DNA of 29,842 bases from an uncultured Dehalococcoidaceae bacterium (lineage in GTDB: Bacteria; Chloroflexota; Dehalococcoidia; Dehalococcoidales; RBG-16-60-22), in contig CAYPYL010000001.1 of assembly GCA_964414605.1 (NCBI GenBank), positions 1-29,842 of the forward strand, given 5' to 3'. A program made the position numbers and the translations under genes. This document shows positions 17,096-26,600 of this stretch, in pieces. The number at the start of each line of letters is the position of its first letter. The first letter of the stretch is position 1. The notes under the pieces are model-generated. The model ran no database searches, was not told the DNA's origin, and saw only the letters and a program-made list of their open reading frames with translations.

Positions 17096-17775
17096 TAGTA
17101 GCGGAGCAAAAGCCTCTGGAAGATATAATACGCATGATTGGCCCTTATCAACGAGTATTGATACTCGGTTGTGGCACCTGCATGACGGTATGTGACGCCG
17201 GTGGTGAGCGTGAGGTCTCTTTTCTCCACGACGCATTACAGCTGGCGCAGACAAGGAGTGGTGAAGGTGCTCATACCTTTACCGAACATACCGTGAAAAG
17301 GCAGTGCGACCCGGAGTTCCTGGAGCCGCTTGCCGAAAGAATAGCTGATTTGGACGTAATACTATCGCTGGGTTGTGGCATCGGCGTGCAGGCTATAGCG
17401 GAACGTTTTGCGGATATGCCGGTGCTGCCCGGCGTTAACACCTCTTTCATGGGTATGACTAAAGAATCGGGGGTCTGGGATGAGCGCTGCGCCGCTTGCG
17501 GTGAGTGCCGGCTGGAAGACACTGCCGGCATATGTCCAATCACCAGGTGTACTAAAGGCATACTCAACGGTCCCTGTGCCGGTACTAAGAACGGTAAATG
17601 TGAGGCTAATAAGGATATGGACTGCGCCTGGATTTTAATTTATCAGCGCCTGGAAAGATTACAGCAACTGGACAAGATGCGCCGGTATTACGCTCCCCGG
17701 AATTACCGGGCAATCCCCAGACCGAGAAGAATCACGATTAACGTAGAGACTGCGGTGGGAGAAAGCGATGGCTAA
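17092..17775 (+). CDS. metV: MetV, second copy
   Basis: GCGTCMTVCDAGG, RQCD, GCGIG and 8-Cys block CAACGEC...CPITRC...PC...C...CAW. TTG start overlaps the upstream TGA. Confidence 0.92.
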   Translation: MIVAEQKPLEDIIRMIGPYQRVLILGCGTCMTVCDAGGEREVSFLHDALQLAQTRSGEGAHTFTEHTVKRQCDPEFLEPLAERIADLDVILSLGCGIGVQAIAERFADMPVLPGVNTSFMGMTKESGVWDERCAACGECRLEDTAGICPITRCTKGILNGPCAGTKNGKCEANKDMDCAWILIYQRLERLQQLDKMRRYYAPRNYRAIPRPRRITINVETAVGESDG

Positions 17776-18670
17776 TTCGTTATTTGAAGAGAAACTCAAC
17801 TCCAATGAATTTATCGTGACAACGGAGGTGGGGCCTCCCAAGAGCGTCGATGTCACGGAACTGGTTCACCATATCAAGCTGCTCAAGAATAAAGTCGATG
17901 CTATAAATATCACGGACCATCAGAGCTCCGTGATGCGTTTCCCCTCGATAGGTGGCTGTTTACTGGTGAAGGAACTCAAGGGCGAGCCAATCCTCCAGAT
18001 GACCTGTCGTGACAGGAACCGTCTGGCGCTGGAGGCTGAGCTTCTCCTGGCTTACTCCAGAGGTATTACCAATGTGCTCTGTCTAACGGGGGACTCGATT
18101 GACGTGGGAGACCATAAAGATGCCAAGCCCGTTTTCGACCTTGATTCCGTGCAGTTATTGAAAATGGTAAAGATCATGGAATCCGGGGTCGATATGGGAG
18201 GCAATGAACTGGGGGCAGCCCCGAAATTTTGTACCGGCACCTCCGTCCACCCGGAGGCAGACTTCATCGAGCCGCAGCTTATTAAATTCGACAAGAAAGT
18301 CGCTGCCGGCGCACAATTTTTTCAGACCCAGGGTATATTTGACCTGGCGAGCCTCCGCCGATTTATGCAGTATGCCTCACAGTTTGACGTTAAAATCCTG
18401 GCAGGTATCATCGTCCTCTCATCGGCCGGCATGGCCCGCTATATGAATAACAATGTCCCCGGTATAATTGTCGCCCAGCCACTTATTGATGAACTGGCTG
18501 CGGTGGAAAAAGGTAAGGGGCTCCAGAAAGGGATTGAAATTGCCGCAAGGTTTATAAAAACTATCAAGGAAGAAAACCTGTGTCACGGCGTGCATATCAT
18601 GGCGGTGGGTAATGAAGGTATAGTGCCCGATATTTTATTGGCTGCCGGGCTTGTTGACAAGCGCGGCTAA
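17768..18670 (+). CDS. metF: Methylenetetrahydrofolate reductase MetF, second copy
   Basis: TTEVGPP, LQMTCRDRNR, LTGD, GDH..AKPVFDLDS, AGAQFFQTQ, GVHIM. 8-nt overlap with metV. Confidence 0.93.
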   Translation: MANSLFEEKLNSNEFIVTTEVGPPKSVDVTELVHHIKLLKNKVDAINITDHQSSVMRFPSIGGCLLVKELKGEPILQMTCRDRNRLALEAELLLAYSRGITNVLCLTGDSIDVGDHKDAKPVFDLDSVQLLKMVKIMESGVDMGGNELGAAPKFCTGTSVHPEADFIEPQLIKFDKKVAAGAQFFQTQGIFDLASLRRFMQYASQFDVKILAGIIVLSSAGMARYMNNNVPGIIVAQPLIDELAAVEKGKGLQKGIEIAARFIKTIKEENLCHGVHIMAVGNEGIVPDILLAAGLVDKRG

Positions 18671-18739
18671 GGTGCCTTTGGTCAGGTATATTACCGGGTG
18701 GCCATAATGGCTATATTCACGGTAGTGGAGGAGAATGAG

Positions 18740-19594
18740 ATGAGTAACGATAAGACAAAAAAGACAGTGAAATCCGGGATAAAGAAAGAAAGCAAACGAG
18801 CTAAGAAGGAAAAAGTCCTGATTATTGACGACGAACCCACTTTTGTGGAGTCATGCCGGCGTACTCTGGAAGCTAAAAACTTCAAGGTTACGACAGCATC
18901 GAGCCAGGCCCAAGCCAAGGAGGTGATAAGAAAAGAACCGAATCTTATTATACTAGGTACGATGGCACCGGCCGGGCAGGCGTTTGCCATGTATCAGTGG
19001 CTGGGGCAGCATCCGAGGTATAAGGAAATACCATTACTCGTCATCGACGCCCGCTACGAAGAGCGACCGATCAGGGGATGGCGGAGGTTCGAAGGTTTGC
19101 AGGTGGACGGCGACGAATATTTGTTTAAACCCATTGAGCCGGCCTCGCTTATTCCCCGTATTCAGAGCTTGCTTGAAGCCATTACCAAGAAAATAAGAGT
19201 GCTTGTCGTCGATGACCACACCATGGTCAGGACCGGGATATGTTCGGTTGTCTCTCTGCAAAAGGACATGGAGGTGGTCGGCGAAGCAGTCGACGGGCGT
19301 GATGCTTTTGATAAGGCGTTACGCCTCCTACCGCACGTTGCCCTGGTGGATATCGTCATGCCGGAAATGAGCGGCATCGAAGCGACCAAGCTGATACATC
19401 AAGAGTGCCCGGAGACTAAGGTCCTGGTTTTGACCCAGTATGATGAAGAAGAAAACATGATTATCGCCAAACAATCGGGGGCTTATGGTTTCATTCCTAA
19501 AAAAGCTGCCAGCTCTGACCTCATCAGAGGCATAAGATACGTGAGCCAGGGTAAATATTATCCGACGTCTTTTGCCGAGCTAGTTATTAAGTAG
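18740..19594 (+). CDS. Second tandem pseudo-receiver + NarL-type receiver protein with no output domain
   Basis: VLIIDDE...IILGTMAP...KP then VLVVDDH...VALVDIVMP...LTQYDE...PK. SD GGAGGAG before ATG 18740. Confidence 0.88.
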   Translation: MSNDKTKKTVKSGIKKESKRAKKEKVLIIDDEPTFVESCRRTLEAKNFKVTTASSQAQAKEVIRKEPNLIILGTMAPAGQAFAMYQWLGQHPRYKEIPLLVIDARYEERPIRGWRRFEGLQVDGDEYLFKPIEPASLIPRIQSLLEAITKKIRVLVVDDHTMVRTGICSVVSLQKDMEVVGEAVDGRDAFDKALRLLPHVALVDIVMPEMSGIEATKLIHQECPETKVLVLTQYDEEENMIIAKQSGAYGFIPKKAASSDLIRGIRYVSQGKYYPTSFAELVIK

Positions 19595-19950
19595 TAGTGA
19601 TAGCCGACGAAGTATTACTCTCAAATTAGCTATATTGCGAGCGAAGAGGCGGTTCTACGTTGCACGGTGAAGTAGTATTTTACGATAGGTTGCAACTACT
19701 AGATAGCTTCCGAACTGGTATGATAATTCGTGATTATAACGGTAGGCCGTGCTGGATAATAGCTAAAACTTTTTCTAATGATTTTGCCCTTGTGTTCTAA
19801 AGACAAATCCTCTTATGGTGGGCGGTGGTGTACAATACGTGGAACTTTTAAATTGGCTTTTAACCTATCTGGTTAGCTTAAAACAGGTAAAATATCAACT
19901 TATTGGACTGGGAGACAGGAGAGAGTTGAGCTCCACCTGAAACAATACTA

Positions 19951-20250
19951 GTGGCTACTCCAATATTCGTGCAGCCACTTTACCTCTTTTGCCCAGAAGC
20001 CCATGGATCCTTCGCCGACCCTTACCTTGCTGTATTTGCCACCGAGGTGAATAATAATGCCGAGGCGGCTGGTTTAAGGTGTGCCATCGTCCTTCTTTGT
20101 TACAAAAGGGGCCAACATTCCGTCGTTGCCTTCGATACGACGGACAGGGGTATGATTTACATTGAACCTCAAACCGATGCCGCAATCGAACCCGAAGTTG
20201 GCGGCAAGTACCAAGGAGAGGAAATCAAGGAAATCCCCATACCTTGGTGA
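19951..20250 (+). pseudogene. Probable remnant (C-terminal half) of a papain/transglutaminase-like cysteine-protease-fold protein
   Basis: FATEVNNNAEAAGLRCA...HSVVAF.T.D.G.IYIEPQ resembles the His and EPQ segments of this fold. No Cys at the expected nucleophile position just before FA, and no good RBS at the GTG. Confidence 0.5.
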
Positions 20251-20271
20251 GTTCGCCGTGGTAAGTAGTCC

Positions 20272-20535
20272 TCAGGTCTGTTTTTTGTTTAAGAGAACCG
20301 GACTTGCCTGTCCGTTCTCTGTCTCGCTTTCGTACCTGCTTAATGCTTGATAAGCCAGATATCTTCCGCACCATGTGTAGTTGCCGTGGCAGAACTCTTC
20401 CTTGAGCGCTTCTGTCATTTCAAAGTGCTTCTCATCGTTGAAAAAGGGGCAGGTAGATATTAATTCACAATTCCGTTTTTCAATCACTTCTTTTACATCT
20501 CCCGGATTTTCTGGTATCTCGTGAACATATTTCAT
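20272..20535 (-). CDS. Small four-Cys hypothetical protein (putative metal-binding)
   Basis: C-x5-CPFFND...EFC-x6-CGRY. Start ambiguous (ATG 20535 or GTG 20487). Confidence 0.65.
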   Translation of the reverse strand: MKYVHEIPENPGDVKEVIEKRNCELISTCPFFNDEKHFEMTEALKEEFCHGNYTWCGRYLAYQALSRYESETENGQASPVLLNKKQT

Positions 20536-20602
20536 TTACTGTCTTTCAGTAACCTATCTCCTGCCCCTTGTGTCAGCACTCCTTCTATTTGGTAAATGCC
20601 CG

Positions 20603-23600
20603 TTACCCTCGCACTCTGGTTCGTGAGCGTATCACGATAAAAGCGACGACTAATACTGCTAACGCGGCCAGAATTATCACGGCTATGACCCAGCCTCTTG
20701 TCGCTGACGGTAATTCCTCCTCTGGTTGTTCCGCAGGTAACGAAGGTTCCGATTCCGCTGGCTCTGGGGTTGGTGTTATCTCCGATGCTGGCTCGGGGAC
20801 AGGTGCCGGAGTCGGTTCCGGCTCAGGCGCGGGTGCAAGCCCCGGAGTCGGAGCCGGTTCCGGTGCTGGCGCAGGGACATGTTTCGGGGCCAGTTCCGGC
20901 TCGGGCGTACCGATGACAGCAAAGGTGGTAAAGTGCGAGACTAAGGCGGTAATAGTATCGTTTTCGGTATCAACTGCACAATCCAACTCGACCCATTTCC
21001 CGGCATCCTCGTCGTAGTAGGCTATAACCAGGTCTTCTTCGGCCACATTCTCGGGTAGGGCACCGGGGTCATATTTCCAGGTCAGGGTTATGGCCGGGTC
21101 AAAGGTAACTCCATCGGGGCAGAAGTCATAAGCCAGCCCGATGATGTGGGCAGCCTCGGGTGGAGACGGGGGCTCATCCATTGTCAGCATGGTTATTTCG
21201 GTAAGGGGTCTCAGGTTGCTGATCAGGCCTACCGTGCCCCTGGGAATGGTAAGGGTGCATAAATTATCCTCGGACGTAGCGGTCACTGACTTGATAAAAC
21301 GACCTGTCGCAGTCACCAACCCTCTGATGTCGGTAGTGCCAGGTTCTCCCACTGCTCCGCCGCCGCCGGATCCTGACGCCGTTATAGACTGAATAGAACC
21401 GCCACCGGCAAATACAGAACCGCTCAGGTCATCCAGGCTCGGTATAGTATCATGTCTTATCTTAGCCCACATATAGCCGCTATAAGCTGGCGGTCCGGGG
21501 ATATTGGTTGTATTTACGCCACCATCCGAGCAAACTATCCAATCCGTACCGTTCCACCAGCGCAGTCTCAGCGAAGATTCGTCTAACCCGGAAATTTCAT
21601 CGTCGGTATAGTAAACTGTAATGACAATTTCCTCGACATCCGTGACGTTATCGGCGTGGACATCTATGTAATTGCCGGTAGTTCCGCTAAAGCCGGTGCC
21701 CGGGTTGCTGTTGTACTTGGCCACCGTGATTATCGGTGTGCCGGTCCCCTTCTTTTCAACAGTGGTACTCGCCTCAGTCTTGGCATCAACGGTGACATTA
21801 CTGGTAGACGTTTTCTCTGTCTTGGTTTCGGTCACGTCCGCCCCAATCCAAGGGTTGTACTTAACAAAGTCACTAACATTCGACGAGACGGCAGTTTCAT
21901 CTTTGCTCCCCCACCAGTTGTTGGTGGCATTGAGCAGGAAGCCGTTGGTCGGTTCCCCGACGACCCGAATGCCGTACTCGCCGTTACTGTAGATGCTATT
22001 GAATTGTGCGGTGACACCTTCGGTCTGGTCAGACCATGGAATCCTGTCGCCTACCTCAAAATCAGGATTATGATAGAGGGCGGTAAAGTCTAACCGGATG
22101 CCATCCCAGCCGTTATCGTAAATTTTGTTGCCATTAATGGTATAGTCTTTGTTAATCGGCCCCATGTAGATAGCATTCTTCCCGTTGCTGTAAATTTCGT
22201 TATCTACGATTGTCAGGTCTTCTGGGCCGAGGCCGGGATTATCTTCGAGATGGCTGTCGCTAGAGCCGCGGATAAGGAGGATGCCATTACCGTATTTCAG
22301 GTTGCCGGCATCGCCCTCGAACATGTTTCCGTTGCTGTAAACCTTGTTATTTCGTATGATCAGATCCGAATAGCCACCGGCGGTCTCTATACCGCTGCGG
22401 TGGGCGCCATAGATTTCGTTATCCTCGATAACCGTCCCGTTCATAGAGGCCGGGCCGGGGGCACCGTAAGCGGGATTGGAATACGACGACCAGAGGAAGA
22501 TATTGTTGCCGTTGCCCTGGCAGTCGAATATCTTGTTGCCGGAGAAGGTGCTGTTGACAACGCCATACTGGTCGCTGTACGGGTTGTTTACGATGTATAA
22601 CCCCATGCGACCGTGCGTGCCGTCCTGGCTGGCCACGTTAGTGTTGGGCCCGATGATGTTATTCCTGATGACAACGTTACTGACATTGTCGGATTGAGCG
22701 CGGACACGGATTAGTGAACTATTCTGGTTACCTACAGCATTGAGCTCCTGGACGATGAATCCTTCAAAGGTGACATCATCGGTATCGACAATATCGACAA
22801 TGGTCAAGTAACCGCCCGCGGGGTCGGGATGGTTGATGATAGATTCGACCGTATCATCCCAGCCATAGCCGGCGGGGACGGGATAACCGTTCTTGTTAAC
22901 ACCATATGTAGCCCCGCGCAGCTTGAGCGGCTTGCCGATTGCAATGGCTTCGGTATAGGTTCCCGGAGCCGCATTGATGGTATCGTCATCGTTGGCAGCA
23001 TCAATGGCTGCCTGAATTTCACAACCGGGGCTGACGTATAGTTGAGTACGGTCGGTAAGGCTCTCGATGTAGATTCCGCTTGCGAGGAGGTGGCCAACGG
23101 GGGCTAAAGGAGCCACATTCTGTGCATCCGCCAGCGTCTCGAAAAACAAGATGCGGTTCTGATCCGGCCCGTCATCCTGGTCGCCGTGCAGTGCGTAGCC
23201 GAACTCGCCGGCCTGCACGGTGACATCGGCGCCGTCAGTAATATCGGTGCTGTATGTGATAATTGCTTCCCCGGCAGGTGCCACGCCAGGATTGTTGAAG
23301 TCACCCTCCTCAAGCTGGAAGACATTTTCAAAGCTGTTGGTGCCGTTAAACACGATGCCGCTCGTTCCGAGCGGGGAGTAATGGCCCCAGGTTGCGACGC
23401 TGACGGCCTGCCAACCACTGCCGCTGGTGGTAATGTCCGAGAGGGTAATGTTATTGCAGTCAACCAGTGATATGCCGTGGCCGCCGTTGTCTCTTGACTC
23501 CACGTGGCTAATAGTGGCATTCGCGCTGCCAAGGAAGTCGAAACCGGAGCGAAAGATATCTCTTACCAGTATATCCGTCACGGAGCCACCACTAACCTCA

Positions 23601-26600
23601 CCGAACTTGATGCCGTACCGTGGTAACGTGTCGGTGGGGTCGCTGAGCACCGTAAAGCCCTGAAGAGATACATTATCAGCCGATACGTAAATACCGGCGT
23701 TGTTTACCGCCAGGCCGCTTACATTGACGGTAACCTGCGAGGTACCCGTACCGACGATACCGACACCCTTGTTTACGGCCAGGCATTCGTTGTAGGTACC
23801 CGCCGCTACATTAATCGTATCGCTTTCATCGGCATCATCAATGGCGCTCTGGATGCAGTTATACTTGATGTCCTGAGTGACGTTCTTGACATTATAGTCC
23901 CTCTGGGCGCCATCGGCGGCATCGAGCCATGGAGTGTAGTCGACGTTAGCGGTCACTTCATCGCCGCTGGCGCAGGGGTTGGTGGTGGCCTGTTTGGGTC
24001 CGGTGGCCGAGCCCCAATAGTTGCCGGTAGCATCGAAAACAGCAGTTTCCGCATTATAGGCAGCAACACTCTCCACCCCATATTTACGGTTGTCGTAGAT
24101 TTTGTTCGAGTGGGCATAAGATGACGAGCTCTTTATTACGGTAATTCCGATATAGTTATCGTGGATATTGTTGTTCTCGACAATGACCGCGGAGTCTTCC
24201 TCATCAAAATATTCAAGCCAACCGTTTATGTATATTCCGGCAGAAGTCCAACTTGGCTCTGGTATGAAAGTATTGTCGCAGTTGTAGATTTCATTCCCCC
24301 TGATTACCACCTGACTGCCGGTGCCCGGAGTAGCATCATTATAGGCACCTTCAACTTCTATACCGTAGCATACCTCGCCTTCGCCGCCGTATACTTGACC
24401 TTTGATGGTGCTATCAAGTACTTCAACCGTACAGCCGTTGTAAACGAAGACTCCAATCCTGCCGAAGTCTTCTATCTGGCAGTCATTAATAGTTACCTCT
24501 GAACCGTCCCATATGCCGATTGCTTGGCTGTACATATTCCCTATATTGTTCGGAGATACCGTGCAGGCAGTCATATTACCGCTGGAGTTTTCGTAGATGA
24601 CCCCGTAATTTTTCGTGTTGATCGTGCCGAGGTCCTCTCCCTGGATACCCAATCCATCAAGGATGACGTTAGAGGAATTTTTAACGAAAACGACGCAATC
24701 CCTGTTAGTGTAAGCGGTAGCCACCGATTGTACACCCTGGACGGCAGCACCCCCGCTGGACTGAATGGTCAGGTCGGTTTTAGTATCTACGGTAAACGGG
24801 GAATAAGACCCCGCCGACACCATGACGGTATCATCATCAATGGCATTATCAATAGCGTCCTGAATACTGCTCCAGATGGCGGGGAGGAGCGAAGCTCCAT
24901 CACGGTCAACGACTACAGTCTGGTCAAAGGTATTATTAGCGAGAACATCCTCGGTATCCAGGGTTCCACTGTCATCCAGAACGTGGACATTGTTATCAGT
25001 AAAATCATTGGATTGAATAACGGTACCACTGTGAGCATGTTCTATGTATATCCCGTTATTGACGTTGTTGCTAATCCCGTTTTGAGTGACTGTCAAACCA
25101 GTGACATTATAGAAGTAGATACCTTCACAGGCTCCATTAATGGTATTGCCTTGCACGGTATTATCGTGGAGCGCGCCGGCTGCCATCAGAGCGGCAATTT
25201 TTTCGGGGTCAGTCCTATCGGGGTCCCCTTCACTATTGCCGAGTATAGTGCCTACTTCTATACCTACCCCATTATTAGCCCCGGCGGCCGTTATGGTATT
25301 ATTCAGGATTTGATTGCCTGATATATCCTCATCACCGTCTAGAAGGTCGTATTGGCCATAACGCGTATCGAGGCATAAACAAATTCCGGGGCAGGAATAG
25401 CTCTCTGCCGTTGCTGTTGCATTGACCTCGTTATACTGTATCAGATTTCCGGTGCATTGCTGTTGTGCCTTGGCACCGACGAAGATACCTATACCCCCGC
25501 CGCCGGAGGCCACCGTATTGGTTATGGTATTATTCGTTATCACCCAGTCGCTACCGCCCCAGTTGGTGATTCCCTGGACGGTGCCGTCGCTGTTGATGGT
25601 CAGTGAGTCAACAGTTACATCATCCACCTCTATAGCGTAAACACCGAGGTCAAGATCTTCGGATACATCACAGTTGATGGTGAAGTTCCTTATCTCAACT
25701 CCATCGGCTTCAGGTCTGAAAGCGGAGTGAAGTGCGTCGTTGTCAACTTTGTATGGTACGCCACTGACGATAACCGATGTTCCGTCTTCCGCGCCGTAGA
25801 GCTTCACTGCTCTATCTACAATGGCTCCGGCATACTCGCCCGTAAGCACGTTGATGGTATCGTTATCACTGGCGGCATCAATAGCTGCCTGGATGAAGTT
25901 ATACGTGGTATCTTGAGTGATGTTCTTGACATTATATTCTCGCGGGTTCCCTTCGGGATAGGCGGCGTCAAGCCAGGGAGAGTAAGTTATATCATCGGAC
26001 ACCTCGTCACCGCTGGAGTAGGGGTTGGTGGTGGCATGCTTCGGCCCGTTAGCCGAACCCCACCAGTTGAGGGTGGCATTGACAGATGCTGCCGTTGACG
26101 TTGAATCTATTCCATAATCGGTATTCCCTTCGATGTTATTGTAGTGAGCTTCTACAGCGCTTGTATCCTCTTCGTCATAGCCAACGGCAATCCCTCCGCT
26201 GTTGCCAGTAAACGTATTTTCGTTGATGGTAGCTTGAGTGCCTTCTCCATAATAGGTGGTCACAAGGATAGCTGCCGATGTGGAGCCATCAACCGATGCA
26301 ACGCCTTTGCAATTCGTTATGGTAGAGCCTGCAACGGTTATCTCTCCGCCGTTTCCAGCTTCAAACCCGTAATCAAGCCAATCACCGTCACCTTTGCCGG
26401 TGTAGGTACAACCGCTAATTAAAGTGCTGGCAGTAGGATTGTATGTGAAGACACCGATTCTGTATATGTTGCTGAATGTACAATTGAGGACTTCCACATG
26501 CTGACCGTAATTATTGATACCGCGACCTTGATATCCTGCCGGTGTATGCGCGATATTCATAAAGTCACAGTCTTCCACAGTGCCACCGCCACTGTCCCCG

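Noticed and set aside
20690-20715. LPSATRG before the TM helix as a sortase LPxTG signal
   Set aside because: It does not match LPxTG spacing, and no sortase is visible in the window.
20715-20905. GC-rich short repeats resembling a CRISPR array or VNTR
   Set aside because: They are degenerate codon repeats of the Pro/Ala/Glu linker, with no constant repeat-spacer structure.
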